64,000 nt of DNA from Octopus sinensis (taxonomy: Eukaryota): the NCBI RefSeq assembly GCF_006345805.1, contig NC_043019.1, positions 29,759,360 to 29,823,359 of the forward strand, written 5' to 3'. Shown in pieces: positions 13,364 through 26,200 of the stretch. Each line of letters starts with the position of its first letter. Position 1 is the stretch's first letter. A program made the translations under genes and the position numbers. Under the pieces are notes generated by a model. It ran no database searches, was not told the DNA's origin, and was given only the letters and a program-made list of their open reading frames with translations.

Positions 13364-15229
13364 TTATGACATTAACGTAGCCATTAAAAATTCAATTTTG
13401 ATTATAAAACTCCGACCGACTAGCTTATCAAGGTTAACTTCCTGAAAGGAACCTTCCAGGTTTTTCCACTTTGGATCTGTAACAACTGAACTGTCATAAG
13501 AATGAGGTAAAGATTGAATATATACATGCTGACCTGTGGCAGCCCCACTCCGAATGCACACCAGTTTGTCCCCTTTAGGTGACCCCAACGTAATAGAAGA
13601 GGCAGTACCTAAAGGCTCCATCTGTCCAACTCCAACACAGTTACTACTTGATAAAATTTGCCACCCCATTAATTTACTCAAGAATACAATTATGGCTAAA
13701 TGGTGGAAAGCAATCTGCCACATGAGCAGATCTTCCAATTCTTTAGGTTCAAATGACAATATGCTGACTCTTCCATCTCTACTGATTGCTTTTATAGTGT
13801 CGGTGCCAATCTCTAACACCAATGATGTCCTGTTAATCTCATATCCAAGAGAAGTAATATTAATTTTAACACTGGATTCAAGACTGCTGTTTAAACAGCT
13901 CCAGTGGGTAGAAATCTGAGGATCAGGTACGTGGATGGCCATCCTGTCGACTGTTTCCATCACACGTTTACGAAGTACAGCATGCTTTGTCTGTTGTATT
14001 ATTTGTTCCAGTAGTGTTTCATTCTCCGTCATTTCTGTAAGATCTTGGCGACTGTAACCATGGGGCCCAGCAAGTCGCCGCCTTTTGCTCAGACCCAATG
14101 TGACAGTGACTGGATGTGGCGGTGGATGATTGATAGTTTTATAATGAGCTTCTCGGAGAAGCTGATGAAGAGAATGTTCAAGAACATGGTTATGATCGAC
14201 TTTGAGAGAAGTAACACGTTTATCCTTGTCGTTGTAATGGCACAATACAATTGAGAGCTGGACTCCGGGGAATATATTTGTAATGATTTGGTTACCAACA
14301 ACCATATGTGGTACCTGAGATTTCAACTGTACTGCTTCTCGAGCCAGTTGTGAAAATAGTTCTTTGCAAAACAAAACATTTTGAGCAACTTCCAATTTCT
14401 GATGCCAATATGTGTCTGAAGGAACGGGACATAATCCACTTGGCATTTTCAGAGCTACACTTGTCAGGTCTGATAATTCCGGGAAAGTCTTCACTTCAAT
14501 TTTTACGTAAGCAACACCTTCTAACTCACTTGGAATGATTACTTCAAGGCAACTTTTCGGTGTGCCAGAAATAGAATCAATGTTGTCCATCTCTTTCGTA
14601 CTTTTAACAACCTCGAACGTTCCACTCTGCCAATACCTGGAACCAACAGATTTATAACTGAAATCTCCAAGAATGGTATTTCCAACTTTTTTTAGTCTCC
14701 AATTATGTCTAAGTTTTAAGAGTTCTATGTGAAAGTCAGACTGAGTCCTCGCACTTGTTTCTTGTTGTGATTTTTTCAGACGTTCCGTTCCCTCCACCAA
14801 AACAGCTGCAGCCGATACCAAACTCCGCTTTTTTGCCAGGAGCTGAACTGCCACACGAGACTCGTTAGACTCACCAACTACGTGATCAAGAATCATGTAA
14901 CGTCTTTCTTTTGCAATATTAACAACATCATTAAGAACACTTATCTCAGTTAATGCAATCTTCAGCTTATTCCTCACGGAATCCCACGGCCACAGCGAAG
15001 GTTGGAATGGCGCTAACACTTTCTCGTCTGTTTCCTTCTCCCCTTCCGATGTTGGTTTGCCCTTTTCTTCACTTTCATCTCGGTAAAAATCGATCTTGTG
15101 TGCAAGCTTGGTTAGGTTTTCTGACATAGAAAGTGGCGGTAGACATAATTCCTGCCCATCAAGTGAAACTTCTTGGATTTGTTGTTCAATAATTGACTCG
15201 ACACTAACTGAAACCTCGCCGGTCGCCAT
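13364..15229 (-). CDS. MED17: Mediator of RNA polymerase II transcription subunit 17, CDS without introns (621 aa)
   Basis: Single 1866-nt ORF. The translation contains recognisable metazoan MED17 segments (EVSLDGQELCLPPLSMSENLTKLAHKIDF, PFQPSLWPWDSVRNKL, LGDFSYKSVGS, LEVAQNVLFCKELFSQLAREA). Confidence 0.95.
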   Translation of the reverse strand: MATGEVSVSVESIIEQQIQEVSLDGQELCLPPLSMSENLTKLAHKIDFYRDESEEKGKPTSEGEKETDEKVLAPFQPSLWPWDSVRNKLKIALTEISVLNDVVNIAKERRYMILDHVVGESNESRVAVQLLAKKRSLVSAAAVLVEGTERLKKSQQETSARTQSDFHIELLKLRHNWRLKKVGNTILGDFSYKSVGSRYWQSGTFEVVKSTKEMDNIDSISGTPKSCLEVIIPSELEGVAYVKIEVKTFPELSDLTSVALKMPSGLCPVPSDTYWHQKLEVAQNVLFCKELFSQLAREAVQLKSQVPHMVVGNQIITNIFPGVQLSIVLCHYNDKDKRVTSLKVDHNHVLEHSLHQLLREAHYKTINHPPPHPVTVTLGLSKRRRLAGPHGYSRQDLTEMTENETLLEQIIQQTKHAVLRKRVMETVDRMAIHVPDPQISTHWSCLNSSLESSVKINITSLGYEINRTSLVLEIGTDTIKAISRDGRVSILSFEPKELEDLLMWQIAFHHLAIIVFLSKLMGWQILSSSNCVGVGQMEPLGTASSITLGSPKGDKLVCIRSGAATGQHVYIQSLPHSYDSSVVTDPKWKNLEGSFQEVNLDKLVGRSFIIKIEFLMATLMS

Positions 15230-15790
15230 CTTTGTTCAGTTAATACAAAACCTGGATTGGGGGATTAGATTCGACTTTTTTAATCACCAAAGTGAAATAC
15301 AGAGGCATCTACGAAGTTACGGAGAAGCGTCTAAGTGGTCGTTCAAACTGTTACAAATAGCAGTAAAATCTGCTTCAAACTACAGCCCATCATTTAAAAA
15401 TGAAGTGAGGCACATTAGATAATGTTGTCTTAGATACTCCTCCAAAATGGGATCGCTAGGGATGAAATGCCTTTGATGATAAATCTGCTCAATAGGGGGT
15501 TGACCTAGATAAACAAAAATAATAACAACAACAGAGACGAATAATAATTAATCAAAGAAATTCTACTATTTCACAAAATGATAAAAAACAATGAATTATT
15601 GCAATAAACTAACAATCACCGTTAGATTTATTGAATTATAGAGAAATAACACAGGAATGATAGTTCGTTTCGTCGGCTTTGTCTATCAAAATTTTTTCCG
15701 GAAATCTCACCGAGAACTTCCTGTCAATCTCAAGAAATTGTTTGGGATCAGAAGAAGCCAGGCTTTTTGGCGATCTCGACTGATTTTACC
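15230..15790. promoter_or_regulatory. Putative bidirectional promoter and 5' UTRs shared by MED17 and DNAJC21
   Basis: Divergent ATGs 561 bp apart, no repeats in the interval, YY1-like CGCCATCTT overlapping the MED17 start (15224-15232). Transcription start sites cannot be seen in the sequence. Confidence 0.65.
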
Positions 15791-15887
15791 ATGAAATGTC
15801 ATTACGAAGTACTTGGAGTTCCTTTCGATGTTGGAGACGAGGAATTAAAAAAATCTTACAAAAAGCTTGCTCTGAAATGGCATCCAG
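15791..15887 (+). CDS. DNAJC21: DNAJC21 exon 1 ([32 protein letters not shown])
   Basis: ATG at 15791, J-domain helices I-II, donor G|GTAAGT, phase 1. Confidence 0.95.
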
Positions 15888-16497
15888 GTAAGTTTTTATG
15901 GAAGCAGACGTAATATTTGATATTCTTTTTGTACCACATGTCTTTTCATTCATTGTTTATATAGATATATCTTACCTCCACACAGGGAATTTCGATCCGC
16001 TAGAAATAGCTGCCGGTCCTCACTCATAATAACATTGCTGTCTTTAACAAAAAATGACGGGACATTGAATAATATTGTCCAGAAAAAGGAATAGGAAGGT
16101 CAAAGCTGGAACAGCAGAGATCTGGTCAGTTAAGGCTAATTTGGGGGTTAAACAAGACCTAACAGAAGAGTGGGAGCTTCAACGTGTTCCCTCGTCCTGT
16201 TGAATATAGAAACCAAATCTTCATATCACAATCTACCCTCTTAGAAAACAAGATCAGGATAGATAAATGTCTGTGAATAATATATGGCAAGAAAAATTGA
16301 CGGGATAGTCACGGCTGGTATTCTTTTGATCAAAACTGTTAAGCAACAACAACCGTCGTTTAATTACAGATCGTTTATTTACTTTTATTTTATTTTCATT
16401 CCAGTTAAGAATTGTTCACAATCAATTTGTTATACGTGTTCGATAACTTCATACTAAATAAATTTGTGTGCGTGCGGTGTATGTATATGTATGTATG

Positions 16498-16546
<49 letters not shown>

Positions 16547-16579
16547 TATATATAGGTTAATATATATATATATATACAA

Positions 16580-16633
<54 letters not shown>

Positions 16634-19600
16634 TTTGGAGATGATCTGAGTACCTCATTTCTTCTAATATATATATATATTAGCAAAAACTGTCCGACGA
16701 ACGGGAACGTGAAACTCAGAGTAACAGGTTTTGTTGAATTTTCTGCTGCTTTTAAATAAAGTATATATATATATAAATTCAAATGAGGGTGAAAAATTGG
16801 ATATTAATTTGATAACATCCATTTAACACCAGTGGTCTAGCATATTAAAAAACTGAAGGTTCAGTAAATTGTATTACATACATATGAGAGGGATGACCAC
16901 TATGTGGACAACCCTAATGGTAGAAGTAGATCCGCTATATGTGTGTGTGTGTATGTTCAGTTATGATAAAAATAATTTTACATTGATCTGATGGGTGACT
17001 CTGTACTGTACTTTTATAGCGTACAAATTTATTATTCTTTAACAAGAATATTATTAAGGACTTCGACGATGGCTTTAATCGACCGAAAAAGTCAGTGTTG
17101 TGTGTGTGTGTGACTGTGATATGTCAATAGATTGCGTAACAGGCGGTGTGAGTCGAAAGTTTAGAAAAGTATTGGCAGCTTGAGAAGACAGTGCTCTGCA
17201 TCCGACTAAACTTCTGCTGTCCACATGTACACTCATACACGCGCCTATGTTTTTAAAGTTTGCCAACTAAAAGGTCATGTAACACTGTTTGGAAGCGCGA
17301 TTTATTCTCTGTAGCCAGAGATGGGTTTCCTCGGAGATTAATCGAAAGCCATCTCTCTGTCTGCCTCTCTCTAACATACAATATTTAGGAAATAACAGCG
17401 GAATTCTGTTTTAAGCATCCCATATAACTTCTCATAAGTTGTTTTTTATTTTCGGAATTTTCAGTAAATGTTTGTATATTTGTGTTCTAAACAGGAATTC
17501 ATACGATTATGAAAATACATTTAAAGGAAAAAGTTTTGGGATCTATTATTTATTTATTTATTTTTTCAGTTTAATATACGGACAGTCCGAATTTTTTTTG
17601 TTTAAACTGCTGCATTAGACCATTATTTGTATTTAAGGGGAGAAAGATATCGAAAAAACATCAATACGTCAGAGTGAAAGAGAAACGAGAAGGGTATTAG
17701 ATGGTCCTGAGATGTACTAAAAATAACAGCTAGATAGCCCTTAAAAGAAAAAAAAATTGCGGGGTGGGGTTGCGTAATCGTTTGAATTCCCGGGTGTAGA
17801 ACAGAAATTTTCAAAAATTTTCTGAAAATTCAAAGAAAAATAAATAAATAAAATACTAGGTGTGTATGAAAAGTTTTGAGCTCCCAAAAAACAAAACATG
17901 GTACAAGACTTCAAGGCTCAAAACTTTTCACCCCCCTCCCGTAAGTTATGAGGAGGTGCTTAAAACAGAATTCCACCGGAATAACTGGTGAAGGTTCTAA
18001 ACGTTCAGATCACTTTTTTCCACGATGAAGGATTTCTTACTTCGCGTACTTTTCTATCGGTCTCTTTGGCCGAATCGCTATATCACGAAGACGTAAACAA
18101 ACCAACCCAGTTGTTAAGCTGTGGTGATGGTGGTGGAGACCAATACACGTTACGACGGGCTTCCATAGTTTCTGTTTCCTAAATTCATTCACGTAGGCTA
18201 TAGTAGAAGGCATTGGTTCAAAGTGCCACGCAGTGGAACCGAACCCTAGACAACGTGCATACAAACCGTGCTTCGTATCGACACAACTATGCCTGCCTAA
18301 ATATTGTGTGTGTGTCGCTGTATATGTTTGTCAAATTGCGATTTTTCTTTAAAATCGTTTAGTTAGGAGGGTAAGGCAGTATCCATGACCCTTTACACTG
18401 TTTCCAGGACTGGTGGGATAGAGGAATCTTCAAATCTGAGGCCGGGTCCGGCACACCTACACAGTTGTGCCTCACTCCCGATTTTGTTCCCTCGTAACGT
18501 TTAGAAAAATCGCTATTTCTTTAATGAAATTTTCTGCAAATAGTTTTTTAATTGGTGTAGATTACGATCATATGGGAATTTAACGCGAAAATCAGCAGAG
18601 TGCACATACATTCATCAAGTTTCATTTTGTATATATGTATATATATATATATAATATGTAGAAAAATACAAACTGGGACAAGAACGTAAAACATTTAGAA
18701 GACGATACAAAATTCGAAGCCTTCAATCTTCAGTCAAGAGCCGGATCATCCTAGCAATTTCGGCTGATTAATCTTGAGATCGATCCGATCCGGCCAGCCC
18801 CAAGGAAAAACTAAGCTACGAGCATTAGATTTCTTGGAAAAAGGATCGAATGTATACAAAACAGGGACAGAAAAACGGACGACGCCACACGAATATAAAA
18901 TACAAAAAACAATAATAGTAAAAACAGCGGGTGTCTTACGACTAATAGACAGTACAACTTAGTTTAGCTTGCATATTTGGAAAAAAATGCCTTTTTCGGC
19001 AGACGAAGACAATAATAGAGAGAGAGGGAGATGTCTTTTACTATAGCCTCGGGCCAACCAAAGCCTTATGAGTGGATTTGGTAGATGGAAACTGAAAGAA
19101 GCCTGTCATATATATGTATGTATATATATATATATATATATATCATCATCATCGTTTAGCGTCCGCTTTCCATGCTAGCATGGGTTGGACGGTTCTACTG
19201 GGGTCTGTGAAGCCAGAAGGCTGCATCAGGCCCAGTCAAATCTGGCAGTGTTTCTACGGCTGGATGCCCTTCCTAACGCCAACCACTCCGTGGGTGTAGT
19301 GGGTGCTTTTTACGTGCCACCATATATATATATGTGTGTGTATAGTTTTTCGTAGAGGCACAGCTGGCAATTAGGGGTGTTGGGTGAATATGGTGGCATG
19401 CTATTGAAAATAGTCCACTTGATGCTGAGCATTTTGTCTCGGTGATCACCAAGTCTCCAAAGAAGTGCAACAGGGAAGTGGAGTTCTCTCTGTCCCTGGA
19501 TCTAAATGAATGCAGGTACTGGGAACATCTTCCCTTCATCATCATCATCGTCGTTTAACGTCCGTTCTCCATGCTAGCATGGGTTGGACGGTTCGACCGG

Positions 19601-20222
19601 GGTTCTGGGAAGCCAGAAGGCTGCACCAGGCTCCAGTCTAATTTGGCAATGTTTCTACAGCTGGATGCCCTTCCTAACGCCAACCACTCCGTGAGTGTAG
19701 TGGGTGCTTTTTACGTGCCACCTGCACAGGTGCCAGGCGGGGCTGGCAACGGCCACGGTCAGATTGGTGTATTTTATGTGCCACCGGCACGGAAGCCAGT
19801 CGAGGCGGTGCTGGCATCGGCCACGAGTCGGATAGTGCTTTTTACGTACCACCAGACCAGGGATCCTGGCTGGTTCATTCGATTTCGATTTCGCTTGCCC
19901 CAACATGTCTTCACAAGCAAAGGGGGTTGACAAGGGTGCCTGTCGTACGGTCGCATTGGAGTATTTTACGTGCCACGGCCACGAGTCGGATAGTGCTTTT
20001 TACGTACCACCAGACCAGGGATCCTGGCTGGTTCAATTCGATTTCGATTTCGCTTGCCCCAACATGTCTTCACAAGCAAAGGGGGTTGGCATGGGTGCCT
20101 GTCGTACGGTCGCATTGGAGTATTTTACGTGCCACGGCCCCGAGTCGGATAGTGCTTTTTACGTACCACCAGGCCAGGGATCCTGGCTGGTTCAATTCGG
20201 TTTCAATTTCCCTTATATATAT

Positions 20223-20257
<35 letters not shown>

Positions 20258-23200
20258 CATCATCATCGTTTAAAGTTTGCTTTCCATGCTAGCATGGGTT
20301 GGACGATTTTGACTGAGGGTTAGCAAGCCAGATGGCTGCACCAGGCTCAAATATATATATGTATATAAAATTTACATACAAAATTTAAAGGACTGACCAC
20401 TAAAGGTGGACGGTCAATATGCTAGATATAGACGTCAAAATCGCTATTTTCCACGAAGAATGGAAAATAGCGATTTTGACATCTATATCTAGCATATTGA
20501 CCGTCCACCTTTACTGGTCAGTCCTTTAAATTTTGTATGTAAAAATATTTTAATCTTCAGATTTCTTTAATATGCTAGGCCACTGGTTTTAATTGATTAA
20601 TATCAATTTCTACCCTTATTCAATTTTATATATATATATATATATATGCACATCTATCTTGTCTGTCTTTATATATGTATATATAAATTGTCACCCGGTG
20701 CTTGTATTAAAAAAATTAGAAGGCAATATTATACTATTGAATTCTAAATAGTAACTAAGTAACTAAATGTCAATTTTTTTTTTTATTTCTTTGAAGATAA
20801 GAATCCTGAAAACATAACTGAGAGTACAATTCAGTTCCGGTGCATTAAGCAAGCATATGAAGTCCTCAGTGATCCACAAGAAAGAGCTTGGTATGACAAG
20901 CATAGAGATGCTATACTTCATGGAGGTAACAACATTGTTCTCATTCATCATCATCATCATCATTTAACATCTGCTTTCCATGCCAGCATGCATGGGTTGG
21001 ACGGCTTGACAGGAACTGGCTAGTCCAGGGGCCCTCACCAGGTTCCATAATCTGTTTCGGCTTGGTTTCTACAGTTGGGTGCCATTCCTAATGCCAACCA
21101 CTTTACAGGTGTACTAGGTACTTTTTATGTGGCACCGACACCAGTGCTTTTTTGTGTGCCACCATCACCAGTGCTTTTTATGTGACAGCAACACCAACAC
21201 CAAAGCTTTTTACATGGCACCTTGGTTTTAGGGCATCAGATCTATTGTAGTGGGCATGTCTTCTTGAATGCACCACATATTTCAGTCCTCTGTTGTCTTT
21301 GTAAGGCTCAGTGTTTTGAGATCAGCCTCTCTACAAAACATAGTGGCTATGTTGCTCCTCTAAAACAAGAGCCTGCTCTATTCCACCCATTTCTTTCATA
21401 CCTTAGCTCCCATATAGTGTAGAGATGCTCACCTACTCCTTGGGTTTTATAGACTTGTGTGTGAGCTTCATGGTGACCTCAAAACAAAGCACCTGGTACA
21501 TGCTATAAAGGGGTTGGTGTTAGGAGGGGCATCCAGCTATAGAAATCATGGCAAAACTGACGTAGGTACCTGATGCAGCTCTGTGTTTTGTCTGATCCAA
21601 TCCATGTCAACATGGAAAACAGACGTTAATTGATGATGATGATGATGATTAAGTCTACATTGACATAAAGTACTATAATTTGCCTGTAAAGCTTATGGGG
21701 TGGGGCAATGAGTGCATCAGGTGTGTGGAGTTTTATATATTTTAATTGTGTTTTTCCCATATGAGAAATACACTACCGTCAGAAATTAATTAGCACCCTT
21801 GATTTGCTCTTCACTCAAGGTATGTGCTGTCACCTAGTGGCCATATCTCGAACTATTGCTTTGTTGCGAGTTCACTGTTGCGCAGAACGATGACGTAACT
21901 TTGTTTGCAGAGCAGTTTGAGAGTCTACAGCCTTATGATGTTGACATAGCAGTGCAACAACTTGGAGTGCGGATGCAGACAAATCTTCCTTTGTTTAATA
22001 GATATAGGTAGCGCCTCGCAAGGACCGAAATCACACCATACTAAGTTTTCTCATCGCGTAAGACGTTTTGAACAGCTCATAGGTTAATTGATTTAACCTA
22101 TTTAATGTAGAAATTTGAGAAGTGCTAATTAATTTCTGATGCAAGTGTAAGGCTTTGATGCTTTGACACCATTCAGACAAGTCCTTAACAATTCTCTGTA
22201 CTTTGCACCTTATAAGATCTATTTCACTCAGCTCACCTGCAGCTGGTCTACACTAGATCTTCTTTGGCCATCCCAGCTTTCATTTATTTCAGTGATATCC
22301 ATCTTCATGCAACCCTCATTATCCTATACCAGTCCATTCCATGTATGTGGTTTTGATTTCTGAGTTACTGTTTTTTTCTTTTTTCTTTTTATCTCAAGAA
22401 CCATACCTTTTACAACCAGTTTTGCAGTACAGCTCCTCAACAGGTTTGCCTCAGACACACATTATGATGCTATATGACTGTAATGTATGGAACAATTAGA
22501 GTAGAATGTGTTATTTATGATTTGTGTGAAGGCAGATTGACTACAAAGGAGTCTGTGATCTGGATATGAAAAAATATGAAATACCTCATCATTGTTTAAC
22601 ATCCACTTTCCATATTAGCATGGGTTGGACGATTTGACTGAGGGCTGGCAAACAAGATGGCTGCACCAGGGGTCCAATATTTATCTGGCAGAGTTTCTAC
22701 AGCCGGATGCCCTTCCTAACGCCAACCACTCCAAGAGTGTAGTGGGTGCTTTTACGTGCCTCTGGCACGAGGGCCAGTCAGGCGGTACTGGCAACAGCCA
22801 CGCTCAAATGGTGTTTTTTACGTGCCACCTGCACAGGAGCCAGTCCAGCGACACTGGCAACGACCTCGCATGAATGTTTTTTCATGTGCCACTGCCACAA
22901 GTGCCAGTAAGGTCTTCTCACTTGTTATAATTTCCCTAATGTTTTATTTGCTTGTTTTAAATAGGTTTGTTGTTTACATTTTTGCAGGACTCGGCAAAGG
23001 GGATTTTGAAGACAACAGCTTGAATATTTTCCAGTTTTTCAACTCTTCCTGTTATTCTGGATATGGTGATGATGAAAATGTAAGTCTCTGTCACAATACC
23101 ACTCACCATTCTTTCTTCTCATCTACTTGATCTAATGGCACATTCTAATTTTCAATTTTTAAATGTTCTACTTGTTAACATCCAACCACTACCTTATTTG

Positions 23201-26200
23201 TATCTCTTTCATCTATGTATCTCCTCTATTAGCAAAACACCCGTACGTGTTCCTCTGTCATAATTTAGCCTCTCAACAGATGGAAAAAAACCCACCCATC
23301 TCCACCTTCTCCTCTCAAATACCCCACTCTAAGTACTGGGAGCTTTTTCCTTGTTCGTTTTGTGTCTTGCAAGTTACATGCTGACCTCACAAGTGCCATC
23401 ATCATCATTTAACATCTGCCTTCCATGCTGGCATGGGTTGGACAGTTTGACCAGAGCCGGAAAGACCCAGAGGTTGTACCATGACTATGATTTCATGTAG
23501 CTTAACACATCTTCTTAAGCACAGTAAATTGCCAAAAGTCTCAATCATTTGTCATCACTTGTATGAGACTCAACTTCTGAAGATCATACTTCACCACCTC
23601 ATCCCATGTCTTCCTGGTTCTACCTCTTTCCCAGGTTCCTTCCATAGTTAGAGATCAGCTCTTCTTTATGCAGCTGTCCTTGTCCATATACCTATGATTT
23701 TTTTGATGTTTGCTTTCCATTTACCAAATCCACTCACATCGTTTTGGTTGGCCTGGTGGCTAATAGAACACACTTGCCCAAAATGCCACATTGTGGGACT
23801 GAACCCAAGTTCACATGATTGGAAAGCAAGACTCTTAACCACGCAGCCATGCCTGCACTTATGAACCATTTGAGATCCATAGAATTGGATTCATCGGATT
23901 TATTTCTATGGAACAATTATACCTAATTTTTTTACACTGCTACTTTGCAAGATTTTTTTTTTGTCAATGTCCTTAAATGTTCTTTTTATTATTCTTTTCT
24001 TTGAAGGGATTTTACAGTGTATATAGAAATGTCTTTGACATCCTTGCTGAGGAAGATTATAACTACATGGAGAATAAGGACCCCGACATGAAAATCCCTT
24101 CATTTGGCCGGAGTGATAGCAATTTTGATGAGGTCAGTATTGATTGTACCAATTTTTAATAGTTCTGTAATGGACACAGAATGCTTTGTGGTGTTTAGCC
24201 CAGCTCTTTTCTATTCCGTATTCTTGGTGGGTTGGCAAGTTATAAAATGCTTTAGATCATAGGTCTGTTCAGTCATGGCTGACTTAAGCAATGATAACAA
24301 CACCAACAAAGCCCTCCATCCTTACATTACAATCATTATTTAACTTCCATTTTTCCATGCTTGCTTAGTTTGGATGGAGTTTATTTGAAGCAAATTTTCT
24401 GTGGTTTAGTACCTTTCCTGCTGTCAGTCTTCACCTGTTTCCAAGCAAGGCAGTATTTCCTTATGGTCAAACATACTCTTGCAGAATATTGGAAATGAAT
24501 GACACTGCTTGTATGGCAGTGGCACTCATCTACAAATACAACACTAAGTTAAAACAAGGTTTCTCTCCCATACACACACACACACACACACACGCATGCA
24601 TGCATGTGCGCGCACGCACACACATATACATAAATACATAAATATATATCATGGTATTATCAGATGTTATTCATCACTGGTCACAGGGCACTTCACATTG
24701 CTTTAGCTTTCAATTGATGCCACCCTGCTGGCTAGGCGAGCTGGCCAACATTCCACCTGATCAGAAGGCTATTCCATCGCAGGGCCCATTTACAGTTGAA
24801 TGGACTGACATGTTAACTTATTCTATCAACATGCTACCTTAATAGAAAGGACCCCTTTTAGTCATGAATGACCATGAGATTGCCCCTAGAAAGTTCCCTT
24901 CCGAGGCACAGGTCCAGGCAAAGTTGTTTATGGAAGATCAGTAGTCACCCATGCATACCAGCCTCTCTCTCTCCATGCCTCTGATGTTATCCAAGGGAAA
25001 GGCAAAGGCCGATACAGCTTGGAACTAGTGACATCACAACTCGTTTCTATAGCTGAGTGAACTGCAGCAATATGAAAAATGTAGTGACTTGCCCAAGTAT
25101 ACAACATACAGCCCAGTCTGGGAATTGAACTCACTACCTCATGATTGTGAGCCTGATGCTCTAACCACTGTGCCATGTGCCTTAATACTAATACTAATAT
25201 TAATTTCATTTTCTTGTAAATGCAGGAAATAACGTTACTCTTAATGTTTGTGTTCATCTAAAGATTATATTTATATTTTCTTAGGTTGTTAATGTGTTCT
25301 ATGGTTATTGGTCAAGTTACTGCACAGCTAAATCCTATGTCTGGGTTGAGAAATTTGACACACGAGAGGCACCCGAGCGGCGAACTCGACGCTTGATGGA
25401 AGCTGAAAACAAAAAACTTCGTGATGCTGCAAAGAAAGAAAGAAACGAAGAAATTCGAGTGAGTACTACCTTACTGTCTGTTTCGGTGAACCTGTAAAAA
25501 TGTTTTTTGTAAAAGCTCACTCTTGAAAATTTATGCTATTTTTTCATCATCATCAACATTGTTTTAATGTTCACTTTTCAGTGCTTGTATGAGTCAGATG
25601 GAATTTGTTGAGAATTACTTTCTATAGCCAGATGCCCTTCCTGTCATCAACCCTCACCTGTTTCCAAATAAATAAATTTTTTCACTGAAGATTGGAAACA
25701 AAGGACACTGCTTATATCTATATATATATAGAGAGAGATGAGCATGACTGTGTGGTTAAAAAATTTGGTTCTCAACCACATTGTTTTGGGTTCGGTTCCC
25801 CTTTGTTAAACCTTGGGAAAGTGTCTTCTATAATGATGGGCTGAACAAAGCTCTGTGAGCTGATATTATTCCTTATTTCTTTATTGCCTACGAGAGACTA
25901 AACATAGAGGAGACAAACAAGGACAAACAACGAGATTAAATCGATTACATCGACCCCAGAGCGTAACTGGTACTTAATTTATCGACTCCAAAAGGATAAA
26001 AGGCAAAGTCGACCTCGGTAGAATTTGAACTCAGAACATAACGGCAGACGAAATACCTGTTTCTTTATTACCCACAAGGGGCTAAACATAGAGGGGACAA
26101 ACAAGGACAGACAAAGGGATTAAGTCGATTACATCGACTCCAGTGCGTAACTGGTACTTAATTTATCGACCCCGAAAGGATGAAAGGCAAAATCGACCTC

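Noticed and set aside
13536-15422. Plus-strand ORFs overlapping MED17 (13536-13919, 14308-14538, 15096-15422)
   Set aside because: They are antisense shadows of a real CDS with no recognisable motifs.
20891-20896. Alternative donor TTG|GTATGA in DNAJC21 exon 2
   Set aside because: It would give phase 2, incompatible with exon 3, and the frame continues with the conserved YDKHR.
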